From positions 844,419-908,418 of the forward strand of contig CAVTJH010000004.1 of assembly GCA_963735015.1 (NCBI GenBank): a stretch of 64,000 nt of DNA. Direction: 5' to 3'. Position 1 is the first letter of the stretch. Each line of letters begins with the position of its first letter. The notes under the pieces were generated by a model. The model did not search any database and was not told the DNA's origin. It saw only the letters and a list, made by a program, of their open reading frames with translations. A program made the position numbers and the translations under genes. Of the stretch, positions 19,967 to 30,705 are shown in pieces. Origin of the DNA: an uncultured Bacteroidota bacterium. Lineage in GTDB: Bacteria > Bacteroidota > Bacteroidia > Chitinophagales > Chitinophagaceae.

Positions 19967-20675
19967 CTAACCTTTTAAAAGTTTCATTATCATTCTTTCC
20001 TTGCTGTTCACGGTGATTTCAAGGGTATAAGGTCCTGGATGCAGATCCATGAGTTCCTTCCAGCGTAAAAGTGTTAAGTCCGTTATCCGCCTTCTGACCC
20101 TCTCTCAGGATAAGGTTGCCCTGGTTATCACTTACTTTCATCATTACATAAGAATTTTCATTGAGTTGCACATTTACGAGAATATCATTTGCCAGCGGAT
20201 CAGGAGTTACACTGAGAGATGCGAGGCTTTTGGTATTAAACATTCTTGCAATCAGAACTTTGGAATAAATAATGTTCCCATTGACTTCGAATTCCTTTAA
20301 CCGGTAATAAAAATCATTATTTCTGGCAACGGATGAATGAAAATGATCACGGAATGCATAAAGCCCTTCAGTGGAAACCACATCTTTATTACATATTGTG
20401 CCTATGGTTTCATATGTCTGGCCGTCAAGACTCCGTTCAATTTCAAAGTGATCGAAATCTCCCGCTATAGTATTCCAGTTAAGTTCAAAATAATTCTTTC
20501 CATATGCCGCATTAAAGGCGGAAAGGCTTCCGCGAAGGATAAGGCTTTTTGAATTGCCTGTATTATAAGAACTGGTGTCGGTATTTCCTTCATTGCCAGA
20601 GTAATGCAGATTCGCAAATAGAGCCGCAGGCATTACCATCAGGAGGCAAAGAATGAACGTGATGATCCTTTTCAT
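19967..20675 (-). CDS. Small T9SS type A CTD-containing protein (+1 frameshift near 20045)
   Basis: Signal peptide; LNWNT..FEIERSLDG..YYRLK..YSKV Ig-like module; shifted frame ends LHPGPYTLEITVNSKERMIMKLLKG*. Confidence 0.75.
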
Positions 20676-20890
20676 TTTTTAAATTTCAGAAAGTGAACAA
20701 TTGATGATGCTCAGCTTAAAGGGAAAAACAGCAGGTCATTCAAAAGAAAAGGGATCGGAAATGTATTTGTTCACATAGCTATTGGAGAGCTTTCGCAGAT
20801 AGTCAGAAAACCACGATCAGGTGTAGATTAAAGGGGGATCTTTCAAAGATAGTTTTTGGATTTGGAATATGCAAGCAGAGAGGCGAAAAT

Positions 20891-21052
20891 AGTATGGGAG
20901 TATGGGAGTATGGGAGTATGGGAGTATGGGAGTATGGGAGTGTGAACCCAACCACTTGGATTAATTGATCTTGTTAAAAATATAAAAATGAGACTTGTTT
21001 GTTGGCGTTTGAATATAAACCCCTAATTCCCATACTCCCATACTCCCATACT
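20891..21052. repeat. Inverted 8-mer cassette (AGTATGGG x6 / CCCATACT x3)
   Basis: Perfect units at 20891-20938 and 21029-21052 with an AT-rich spacer. Confidence 0.9.
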
Positions 21053-21056
21053 TTCC

Positions 21057-22146
21057 TCAGCTTTCCTCAATCTTCTCATCCTCAGCACCTGCAAGCACCA
21101 CGGAACCCATTTTTTTCAGGGGATTTTTATGATTTTCATTGATATTCCCTCCTTTTTTCGACAATATCCAGGCATCCGTAAACGGCAGAAAGGAATGAGC
21201 CATTATCAGCCTTGTTCTTCCCTGCGATATCAAAGGCTGTACCATGGTCCGGGGAAGTCCTGATAACCGGCAATCCGGCCGTATAATTAAAACCTTCACC
21301 AAAAGCCATGGATTTGAACGGGATTAGTCCCTGATCGTGATACATCGCCAATACGGCATCAAATTTCTGTTGCTGATTTCGGGCAAAAAAAGCATCTGCA
21401 CTATAAGGGCCAAAAACCAGCATATTGTGTTTGGCATCTTTAATGGCTGGTTTAATTATATCCTCTTCCTCACGGCCGATAAGACCCTCATCGCCGGCAT
21501 GGGGATTAAGTCCAAGAACAGCAATACGTGGTTTATCGACTCCAAAATCACGCATAAGCGATTCTTTAAGGATATTCAATTTAGAAAGAATGGCTTCTCG
21601 GGTAATAAATTTAACAATCTCGCTAACGGGCACATGTTCCGTTACAAGGCCCACACGCATGTTCTCAGAACTCATGAGCATAAGAACATCTTTCGAGTCA
21701 AAAAACTGCCGGAGAAAGGGTGTGTGACCAGTATAAGAAAATCCTTCCGATTGAATATTTTTTTTATGAATAGGAGCCGTGACCAGGCCGTCAATTTTTC
21801 TGTCCTTCAGAGCTTCTGCCGCCGCTACTAGTGATTTGACTGCGTAAGCTCCGCCTGTATCTGTTAACTGACCGGGGTTAATAGCGACTTCTTCTTCCCA
21901 GCAATTAAAAAGATTCACCTGTTTATGAAAAGGTCGGGAAAGATCTTTAATATGCTGATAATTGAGCGTTGAATCCGGTATGGATTTTCGATAAAAATTT
22001 ATCAGCTTATTGGATGCAAAAAGTATAGGTGTACAGATTTCCAGGATTCTGTTATCCGAAAATGTTTTGATGGCCAGTTCGGCCCCGATACCGTTCAGGT
22101 CGCCGATAGAAATGCCGATGACAGGTCTTTGCTGTGGGGTACTCAT
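21057..22146 (-). CDS. pdxA: 4-hydroxythreonine-4-phosphate dehydrogenase (C-terminal +1 frameshift near 21141)
   Basis: GDLNGIG, VTAPIHK, GLNPHAG, AMYHDQGL, RTSPDHGTAFDIAG; the tail NENHKNPLKK continues in the next frame. Confidence 0.92.
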
Positions 22147-22208
22147 GTATTATTTTTCGATGGATAAAAATACGATTATTAGCCTGAAGGAAGGTTTATT
22201 TTTGCCTT

Positions 22209-22979
22209 ATGACATACTTGTCCGGGCCGCTCAATCTCAAAAAATCACTAGGTCAGCATTTTCTAAAAGATGAGTTGGTTTGCCAGCGTATATTAGATTC
22301 CTTGAATCAATATCCCTACAGACAATTGTTGGAAATTGGCCCCGGTGCCGGGGCATTAACAAAGAGTCTTCTTGATAAGGAAGGTATTGATTTTAAAGCG
22401 GTGGAGATTGACAGGGAAAAAGTGGCGTATCTAAAAAAAAAATACCCATTAATAGATAACCGGATTATCGAATTGGATTTTCTCCAGATGGGAAAGCCAT
22501 TTGAAGGTCCTTTTACTATAGTTGGAAATTTCCCATACAATATTTCCACGGAAATACTTTTTAAGGTACTGGACTGGCGAGAAGACGTGGAACGTGTAAT
22601 TGGAATGTTTCAGAAAGAAGTAGCCCAACGCATTGCCGCTTCCGAAGGAAATAGAATTTATGGCGTCACCAGTGTTTTGTTACAGACTTTTTTCAGAGTG
22701 GAATATTTGTTTGAGGTAAGCGAACAGGCATTCAATCCGCCTCCAAAAGTAAAAAGCGCCGTGATCCGGTTAACTCCGAGAGATGAACCAGCCCCAGTAC
22801 GAACAGAGAAGATGTTTTTTTTGCTTGTAAAAACGGCATTTAATCAACGAAGAAAAACCTTGAGAAATGCAGTGAAAGCTTTGTTTACTGAAGAGGTATT
22901 AAAAGATTCTTTATTTAATAAAAGGGCTGAGCAATTGACTGTTTCGCAATTTGCTGAGCTGACCTGGAGAATGAAATAA
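22209..22979 (+). CDS. rsmA: 16S rRNA adenine dimethyltransferase KsgA
   Basis: KKSLGQHFL, EIGPGAG, GNFPYNIS, PPPKVKS, FNQRRKTLRN. Confidence 0.95.
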   Translation: MTYLSGPLNLKKSLGQHFLKDELVCQRILDSLNQYPYRQLLEIGPGAGALTKSLLDKEGIDFKAVEIDREKVAYLKKKYPLIDNRIIELDFLQMGKPFEGPFTIVGNFPYNISTEILFKVLDWREDVERVIGMFQKEVAQRIAASEGNRIYGVTSVLLQTFFRVEYLFEVSEQAFNPPPKVKSAVIRLTPRDEPAPVRTEKMFFLLVKTAFNQRRKTLRNAVKALFTEEVLKDSLFNKRAEQLTVSQFAELTWRMK

Positions 22980-23011
22980 AAAGTTAAATCTTAACTGTAA
23001 AAAAAGTATCC

Positions 23012-23936
23012 ATGCAAAAAGTATTGGTAACGTCGAAAGTGCATGAGTATCTGATTGACAGGCTGCAGAAGAACGGATTCGAAGTGCTGTATGTTCCGCA
23101 ACTGAGTTATGAGGAATTAAAAGAACAAATCCGGGATGTGGCAGGCCTGATTATAACGACGCGTTTAAAAATAGACAGAAATATCCTGGAGAAAGCTGCT
23201 TCTCTGAAATGGATCGGCCGTTTGGGGAGTGGTATGGAACTGGTAGATGTTGACTATGCAAATCAAAAAGGTATCCGCTGCGTAAGCAGCCCGGAGGGAA
23301 ATCGCAATGCGGTTGCGGAACATGCACTGGGTTTGCTGCTTTCTCTTATGAATAATATTCCAAGAGCTTCACTGGAGGTAAGGCAAGGAAAATGGATTCG
23401 GGATCCCAACCGGGGAATTGAATTGACCGGGAAAAACGGTAGGAATTATCGGCTTTGGAAATACTGGATCAGCTTTTGCGAGATTACTGGCACCTTTCAA
23501 CGTCACGGTGCTCGCTTACGACAAATACAAATTCAACTTCGGATCGGGGTACATCAAGGAAGCAAATATGGACCAGTTAGGAAGATACGCTGATGTCATT
23601 AGCATACATGTGCCGCTGACCGATGAAACGTTCCATCTCGCTGGAGACGTCTTTTTTACCTCCTTGAGAAATAAACCATATTTTATCAATACCAGCCGGG
23701 GAAAGACCCAGGATACAACAGCCCTGATAAGGGCACTGGAAACCGGCAAAATTGCGGGGGCTGCCCTGGATGTGCTTGAAAATGAAAAACTTGAGAGCTA
23801 CACCCGGGATGAACAACTCCAGCTTGATCATTTGCTCGCATTTGATAATGTCTTGCTGACCCCGCATATTGCCGGGTACAGCAGGGAAGCTTTCTATTTG
23901 ATGGCAAAAGTAGTATTGGACAAACTGGGATTGTAA
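23012..23936 (+). CDS. D-isomer 2-hydroxyacid dehydrogenase (SerA-like; +1 frameshift in the A-run near 23436)
   Basis: [41 protein letters not shown]. Confidence 0.85.
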
Positions 23937-24053
23937 TCAGGTCGCTAAAACGGTTGTAAATCGCTGACCGGTATCATAGTTATTTGTCAGGGCTTGCAAG
24001 CTCATTCGGCAACCAAAAAAATCCTGAAAAATATCTATTGCAATTGGATTCCT

Positions 24054-24100
24054 TATCTTTGCAAAAATGCAACGCCTCCCGAGGGCGTTGTATTTTTTTT
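24054..24100 (+). promoter_or_regulatory. greA promoter followed immediately by a terminator-like hairpin
   Basis: TATCTTTG (24054-24061); ATGCAACGCC...GGCGTTGTAT followed by a T-run. Confidence 0.6.
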
Positions 24101-24129
24101 CTTTTTATAATAAACAATAAGGAGGATTT

Positions 24130-24603
24130 ATGAGTGGAATCACATATCTGACAAAGGAGGCACTCGAGAAACTGAGGGGTGAGCTGCAAAAAATGAAAAG
24201 TATTGACCGTCCTGCGGCTTCAAGGGCCATTGCTGAAGCGCGTGAAAAAGGAGATTTGAAAGAAAATGCGGAATATGATGCCGCTAAAGAATCACAGGGT
24301 ATTCTGGAAGCAAAGATTCAGCGCCTGGAAGCTGATCTGGCTAACGTGCGTATTCTGGAAGAAGGGAATATTGACACCAGTAAAGTATCAATTCTTACTA
24401 AAGTAACAGTTACGAATCTCTTAAATAAAAAACAATCGACATATCACCTGGTTTCTGAAAAGGAAGCCGATCTCAAGCAGGGTAAAATTTCTGTATCTTC
24501 TCCTATTGGAAAAGGACTGTTAGGTAAACAGGTTGGTGAAATCGCAGATGTTATTGTACCCGCGGGAAAACTGCAATTTAAGGTTGAAAGCATCACTGTA
24601 TGA
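24130..24603 (+). CDS. greA: Transcription elongation factor GreA
   Basis: GDLKENAEYDAAK, ISVSSPIGKGLLG. Confidence 0.96.
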   Translation: MSGITYLTKEALEKLRGELQKMKSIDRPAASRAIAEAREKGDLKENAEYDAAKESQGILEAKIQRLEADLANVRILEEGNIDTSKVSILTKVTVTNLLNKKQSTYHLVSEKEADLKQGKISVSSPIGKGLLGKQVGEIADVIVPAGKLQFKVESITV

Positions 24604-24679
24604 TTTGAAAAATTGTGAATGGATCATTTCATAACCGATTTTTTGAATTCCCCGGAATGTGTTTTTCATTCCCGAACGT

Positions 24680-25075
24680 TCATGTTCCCAAACGAGCGAT
24701 AATATTTTCCTGATCGTTCCTGAATTCTTCAGGGCTCAACTTCTTTTTTGGCTTTTTAAAATCCATGTCATTTAAATGATCTATGGGAATTAAATGCATG
24801 TGCGCGTGCGGCACCTCAAGTCCGAGCACAGTTATTCCACAACGGTTACAGGGAAAAGATTTTTCAATCGCTTTTGCGATTGGTTTCGCAAATAAGAGAA
24901 TCCTGGAAAGATAACTTTCATCAAGATCAAAAAAGTGATCCGTCTCTGTTTTAGGTATCACCAGGGTATGACCTCTGCGCAATGGATTAATATCGAGAAA
25001 GGCCAGAAAAAAATCGTCTTCGGCAATCCGGTAGGAGGGAATTTCACCTCTTATGATCCTTGTGAATATTGTCAT
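24680..25075 (-). CDS. HIT family protein
   Basis: IFTRII.GEIP, AFLDINP..GHTLVIPK, VPHAHMHLIP. Confidence 0.92.
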   Translation of the reverse strand: MTIFTRIIRGEIPSYRIAEDDFFLAFLDINPLRRGHTLVIPKTETDHFFDLDESYLSRILLFAKPIAKAIEKSFPCNRCGITVLGLEVPHAHMHLIPIDHLNDMDFKKPKKKLSPEEFRNDQENIIARLGT

Positions 25076-25089
25076 GGTAAATAGTTAAT

Positions 25090-25199
25090 AGTGTGAGAGT
25101 GTGAGACTGTATTTAATGGATGAATATTATTTTTATTCATTATGACAATATACTTTTTTATTTTGATGACTTAGACATTTCACTCTCACACTCTCAAAT
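25090..25199. repeat. Inverted 8-mer cassette (AGTGTGAG / CTCACACT), overlapping the ruvC stop
   Basis: agtgtgagagtgtgagactgt ... tttcactctcacactctcaaat. Confidence 0.65.
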
Positions 25200-25753
25200 C
25201 ACCCTCCCCGGATTCTTAGTCACAAACTCACCCCATCCGTTAAGTTTTTTCCGGATATTAACAGGAGAATGGAACTGATAGTGATGACAAAGTGCGACAG
25301 CAAGTGCATCAGATGCATCGAAGCGAGTCTATTTTCATCCGGATATCTAAAATCTGCTGAAGCATTTTCCAAACCTGTTCTTTCCCTGAATTTCCATTCC
25401 CCGTAATGGACTGTTTTATTTTCCTCGGCGCATATTCAGTAACGGGAATACCTGACTGCATGGCAGCAGCGATAGCTACACCTTGTGCCCGCCCAAGTTT
25501 GAGCATACTCTGTACATTCTTTCCAAAAAAAGGAGCTTCAATAGCGAAATCGTCTGGCTTGAATTTTAGAATAATTTGCTGTACCGTAAAATAAATCAGT
25601 TCGAGGCGCTGATATGTGTCCAAACGAACGGGCACATGCAGAACATCCATTTCCATGAATTTCGTCTGATGATCCTTCCACACATATCAGTCCCCAACCC
25701 ATCATCAGGGTGCCGGGATCAATACCCAGTATTATTTTAGAGTTCTTTTGCAG
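25194..25753 (-). CDS. ruvC: Holliday junction resolvase (two frameshifts; CTG start)
   Basis: ILGIDPGT (5' part), AIEAPFFGKNVQSMLKLGRAQG, FDASDALAVALCH (3' part). Confidence 0.88.
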
Positions 25754-25767
25754 AGGGAACGCTATTT

Positions 25768-26760
25768 TTGATTGTGGTGCTTAACAAAAATATCAAATTA
25801 ATAGTCAACTATGTAGTTGGACCACTCATTATGTTCTTTCTTTTTTATACAGTTGCGCGACAACTGCAGAAACAGCCACAATGGAAGGATTCTCTGCATC
25901 AGGTGCTGAGAGCAGCAATTGGTAAACAACAATGGAAGTTATATGTAATGATTGGCCTGATGTGCGTAAACTGGGCACTGGAAGCTTTTAAATGGCAGAT
26001 TACATTGAGGCCTGTTCAGTCTGTCAATTTTACGCGTGCATTTAAAGCGATTCTGGTTGGAACCTGTATCGCATCATTTACACCAAACCGGGTGGGCGAG
26101 TACCTTGGCAGAATGCTATTTGTTGATCCCGGAAATAGAATACTTTCCATCGCTCCTACCATTCTTTGCAGTATGTCTCAAATGTTAGTTACGCTGGTTG
26201 CAGGTACTCTGGGTATCTGGCTATTTTCATTTTTGCCATTCCATTTTGAAGCGGAATGGTTGTCGCCCGCTTTTTTCAGATCGTCGATGATAATAACCGC
26301 AGTTGCTGCATTAGGACTCGCCTTGGTCTATTTCAGATTTGATCCACTGGTCAGGACGGTAAACAGATGGCTGGAGAAAAGAAAAAAAAACTTCTCCGTT
26401 CCTCAAAATTTTAGTTTTACTGTTCTGGCAACCATACTGTTTCTTTCAACGATAAGGTACCTTGTTTTTATTTTGCAATATTTTCTGTTATTTTCTCTTT
26501 TTGGTATGTCATTAACGGAATTGCAGGTATTTACGGGCGTTAGTGTTATGTTTGTTTTAATGGCCTTTGTTCCAACGTTAACGTTTTTAACAGATCTCGG
26601 ATTTCGTTGGGCTGCAGGCATTCAGATTTTTCGGATATTCACTTTGAATAGTGCGGGCATTCTTGCGGTATCTCTGGGTATCTGGTTCATCAATTTAATA
26701 ATCCCTGCTTTGGTCGGGAGTTTATTAATTTTAAGGATAAAACTATTCAGGAGCAAATGA
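25768..26760 (+). CDS. Lysylphosphatidylglycerol synthase TM-domain (flippase-like) membrane protein
   Basis: NWALEAFKW, FTPNRVGEYLGR, INLIIPALVG. Confidence 0.75.
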   Translation: MIVVLNKNIKLIVNYVVGPLIMFFLFYTVARQLQKQPQWKDSLHQVLRAAIGKQQWKLYVMIGLMCVNWALEAFKWQITLRPVQSVNFTRAFKAILVGTCIASFTPNRVGEYLGRMLFVDPGNRILSIAPTILCSMSQMLVTLVAGTLGIWLFSFLPFHFEAEWLSPAFFRSSMIITAVAALGLALVYFRFDPLVRTVNRWLEKRKKNFSVPQNFSFTVLATILFLSTIRYLVFILQYFLLFSLFGMSLTELQVFTGVSVMFVLMAFVPTLTFLTDLGFRWAAGIQIFRIFTLNSAGILAVSLGIWFINLIIPALVGSLLILRIKLFRSK

Positions 26761-27554
26761 AATCGATCAGCGGAATAATTTGTGTATTATTGATAACCCT
26801 TTCCCTCCCCTTAAAAGCGGGTGACGATTTTTGCGGTATACCTAACCATGCATTTCAGGCAAATGAAAGTATCACATTCAGAGTTTACTATACATTGGCA
26901 GGCGTATATTTTGCTGCAGGAGAAGCCACGTTTTCAGTCCTGCTGGAGGATCTGAATGGCAAACCTGTTTATCATGTAACGGGTGCCGGTAAGAATTATC
27001 CCTTTATGGATAATTTTTTCAAAGTGAGGGACAAATACGAAAGCTTTATTGATACTTCCAGCCTGCAGCCTTTAAAATTCATTCGGAATGTGAGTGAAGG
27101 CAGTTTTAAAAAATATGAAAATATTAGTTTTAATAAAACAGCCCATACGGCGATTACGAATAACGGAGTTTTTAAAACACCCGATTGTATTCAGGACGTC
27201 TTAAGTACCATGTATTATGCCCGTAATATCAATTACGATAAAATGCAACCGGGCGATAAAATTCCTTTTTCCATGTTTCTCGACGATCAGGTATATAACC
27301 TCTATATTCGTTATGTCGGCAAGGAAATTATAAAAACCAGGTACGGTAAATTCCACGCTATTAAAATTAAACCTCTATTAATTAAAGGGACTCTCTTTCA
27401 GGGTGGTGAAAAAATGACCGTGTGGATAAGTGATGACGCAAACCATATTCCCGTTCGCGTTGAAAGCCCCATCAGTGTTGGCAGCGTCAAGGTTGACATG
27501 ATGGATTTTCAAAACAGGCGCACTCCGTTGAGCTCGCTGATCAGTATGCGATAA
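26757..27554 (+). CDS. DUF3108 domain exported protein
   Basis: FFKVRDKYESFID, VWISDDANHIPV, VGSVK. Confidence 0.7.
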   Translation: MKSISGIICVLLITLSLPLKAGDDFCGIPNHAFQANESITFRVYYTLAGVYFAAGEATFSVLLEDLNGKPVYHVTGAGKNYPFMDNFFKVRDKYESFIDTSSLQPLKFIRNVSEGSFKKYENISFNKTAHTAITNNGVFKTPDCIQDVLSTMYYARNINYDKMQPGDKIPFSMFLDDQVYNLYIRYVGKEIIKTRYGKFHAIKIKPLLIKGTLFQGGEKMTVWISDDANHIPVRVESPISVGSVKVDMMDFQNRRTPLSSLISMR

Positions 27555-27689
27555 TAATTTTTTGATTTCGCTATAACCCTCGACATGAAAAAGCTCCAAA
27601 CGCAGATTTGCAATAGGCCCTGAAGTCGGCAGCCGGGAAAATAAGTAACTCTTTATCCAAATCTGGTAAAATAGCATTTGACACATTTC

Positions 27690-29022
27690 TTATGGCTGTG
27701 TCAGGCATTTTATAGCCTTTTCCATTTGCATGCTCCGGGATCCTTTTACCAGAAAAGCGGTATTCTGAAACTTCCTGGTCGACAGCCACTTTGCTGCTTC
27801 TTCCGAATTCGAAAAACTTTTGTAAGGATGTTTGATTTTCAAAAAATCACCACCAACAAGCAATACATCTTTCCATTTATTTAATCCGATCTGTTGAAGG
27901 ATCAGTTCATGCTCCACTAAGCTATCTGTTCCAAGTTCCGCCATGCCACCCAACAGTAATATTTTATCTGCAACAGGGAAATGGGTGAAGTTTTCAATGG
28001 CAAGATTCATACTGGACGGATTGGCATTGTATGCATCCAGCAGAATAGTATTGCTTCCGGTTTTGATTAATTGTGAACGGCTGTTGGAAGGTTCATAATT
28101 CTCAATTCCTTTTTTTATAGCAGCTGGATCTACTTGGAAATAATTACCCAAACTGACAGCTGCCAGTACATTGGGCAGATTATAGTCTCCTGTTAGTCGC
28201 GTTTGTATGAATCCTGTCAAATTGCCTTTTGTCATCTTGATGCGCAGATAGGGAGTCGCCGTCTCTGTTATTCCCGTTGTCTCGGCATTTGCGGTCCCAT
28301 ATGAAATAATATTTTTTATGCCATTGCTCATCTGTCGCAAATAATCGTAGTCCCACATAACGAAGGCAGTTCCATCATGCAACCGGAGATAATCATACAA
28401 TTCCCCCTTTCCTTTTTTAACGCCTTCAATACTTCCGAATCCTTCGAGATGAGCTTTGCCACTATTGGTAATTAATCCATGGGTTGGCCGTGTATATAAG
28501 CAATAACCAGCAATTTCGCCAAGATGATTGGCGCCCATTTCCACAATAGCTATTTCCGCATCTTTTTTAATCTTCAGTATTGTAAGAGGAATGCCAATAT
28601 GATTATTCAGATTACCTTCAGTTGTGTAAGTTTTATATTTTTCAGATAATACGGCATGGACGAGCTCCTTGGTGGTCGTTTTACCGTTGCTTCCGGTGAT
28701 GCCAATAAAAGGAATTGAAAATTGATTTCGGTGATAAGCTGCGAGAGCCTGCAAAGTTGCCAGAGAATTATCAACCAGGATCAAACGATCATTTAATACC
28801 GCGGGTGCTTCATCAATAATCGCATATGCCGCACCGTTAGCAATCGCCTGACCGGCGAAAAGATTTCCATTAAAATTATCTCCTTTCAGAGCAGAAAAAA
28901 AGATCTCCTTTTTGAATCTTGCGTGTATCCGTACAAACAGAAGGATATTTTAGGTAAAGCTGATATAAATCTTCAGTAGAGAATGGGTAATTAATTTTTT
29001 GTTCTGAACCTGCTTTATCCAT
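27690..29022 (-). CDS. murF: UDP-MurNAc-tripeptide--D-Ala-D-Ala ligase (+1 frameshift near 28895)
   Basis: VCTDTRKI..LFF/ALKGDNFNGN, GITGSNGKTTTKE, DAYNANP, VKGSR. Confidence 0.93.
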
Positions 29023-29105
29023 ATTCGACTGTCATTAACATATTAGAAATTTACAATATTGCTTTAAGGTTTAGGCCTTTAGCCTGAAACGCAAATCTAG
29101 TAAAC

Positions 29106-29141
29106 AAAAAAGCCATCACGCCGCATGCGTGATGGCTTTTG
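29106..29141 (-). terminator. Terminator of gldJ
   Basis: AAAAAAGCCATCACGC-cgca-TGCGTGATGGCTTTT. Confidence 0.8.
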
Positions 29142-29163
29142 AAAAGTTATAAAATAAATTCAG

Positions 29164-30705
29164 TTATTGTTTACGTGCGTTTTGCTTTCTAGCTTTATAG
29201 CTGATACCGGTTTGTCTTCCGTTACCCGCAGCGCTGCCGACACGATCCATTGCACATCTGAAACCTACTGTTGAACTTGCCTGGTCTTCTTCCATGAAGC
29301 GACGTGTACCTGGTCCAAGCCAGTAAGCACGATCATTCCAGCTTCCTCCTTTAATGACCCTCGATTTATCGCTGATCAGGGTTGTTTTGCCATAACCATA
29401 AGCAATCCCGGAGATCAGGGAGTCACCATCCAGGTAGTTAATAACATTACCCTTCTGATAGTTTCTCCTGGATTCGCTTTCTCTGTCAGTTACATCACGA
29501 TATTTAATTCTGCCTAAACTATCTCTTTCTGGTTTTCCTTCTTTATTCAGATCCATGGTTTCAAATTTATTACCACGGAAAGGAGCAACATCGTTAACAT
29601 CCTGAGAAGAAAGAGGGCGATATACGTCCTCAACCCACTCACTTACGTTACCGGACATATTATATAATCCGAAACCATTGGGATAAAAAGAAGTTACATC
29701 TGCAGTGTACACGGCGTTATCATTCAATCCACCGGCAACGCCCATATTATCTCCGGCTCCTCTTTTGAAATTGGCGAGGAATGTTCCCTGCCATGTTCCA
29801 CGGCGGGAATCACGTAATCCATTTACATTCTGGCTCCACGAATAAACCTGTTTGTTTGCCACCAGTTCTTCCCCTCTCTTACTGTCTTTATTACTTGGGG
29901 CAGGGTTCTGATTAATATATCCGAGTGCTGCATATTCCCATTCTGCTTCAGTCGGCAGACGATAAGAAGGAAGCAGAATGCCATCTTCAAATGTTACCTG
30001 GGTACGCGGTGTACCATTTGGATTTCTTAATTCGTTCTTCTTAGATTTGGCAGCCGGACCAGGGGTAGCCTGATATTCACCTACCAGATAGGATTTGGTA
30101 TTAAAATTTTCCTGACCAAGTCCCTGTATATTTTTCAGGGAATTCTTATTGATATATCCGCGATCAACCAGCGCTTTTTCATTTACGCGATCGGTTCTCC
30201 ATAAACAAAAATCTTTCGCCTGTCTCCAGCTTACACCAACTACGGGATAATAGTTATAAGACGGGTGGCGGAAATAATATTCTACCAGTGGTTCATTATA
30301 GGCTAGTTCACTTCTCCAAACCAGTGTATCAGGAAGGGCATTATTGCGAACAGTCTGGTACTCATCACCTTCAAATACATTATTTATCCAGTACAGGTAC
30401 TCACGGTAATGTACATTGGCAACTTCGGTTCTGTCGATATAAAAGGAGTTTACGGTTACCCTGCGTGGAATATTATTCCAGTCGCTCATTACGTCTTCTT
30501 CAGTAGCACCCATGGTGAAAGTACCCCCCTGAATAAAGACAAGTCCGGGTCCGGTACGTTGTTCTTTTTCTTTGGATACCTGATATCCACCCATGTTCTT
30601 ATCGTTGTAATTCCAGCCAGTGACAGCAGAAGATTGCACTTTAGGTTTACACGAAGCCATTGCTGCGGCACAGGAAGCAAGAATAATGAGATTTTTGAAA
30701 TTCAT
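29164..30705 (-). CDS. gldJ: Gliding motility lipoprotein GldJ (FGE-sulfatase domain)
   Basis: Lipobox MASC, SAVTGWNYND, GPGLVFIQGGTFTMG, RLPTEAEWEYAA, GFRCAMDRVG; next to murF. Confidence 0.88.
   Translation of the reverse strand: MNFKNLIILASCAAAMASCKPKVQSSAVTGWNYNDKNMGGYQVSKEKEQRTGPGLVFIQGGTFTMGATEEDVMSDWNNIPRRVTVNSFYIDRTEVANVHYREYLYWINNVFEGDEYQTVRNNALPDTLVWRSELAYNEPLVEYYFRHPSYNYYPVVGVSWRQAKDFCLWRTDRVNEKALVDRGYINKNSLKNIQGLGQENFNTKSYLVGEYQATPGPAAKSKKNELRNPNGTPRTQVTFEDGILLPSYRLPTEAEWEYAALGYINQNPAPSNKDSKRGEELVANKQVYSWSQNVNGLRDSRRGTWQGTFLANFKRGAGDNMGVAGGLNDNAVYTADVTSFYPNGFGLYNMSGNVSEWVEDVYRPLSSQDVNDVAPFRGNKFETMDLNKEGKPERDSLGRIKYRDVTDRESESRRNYQKGNVINYLDGDSLISGIAYGYGKTTLISDKSRVIKGGSWNDRAYWLGPGTRRFMEEDQASSTVGFRCAMDRVGSAAGNGRQTGISYKARKQNARKQ

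Noticed and set aside
20891-20938. AGTATGGG and other arrays as CRISPR arrays or telomere-like repeats
   Set aside because: Units are 7-11 nt and contiguous, with no unique spacers and no cas genes, and they are internal intergenic sequence.
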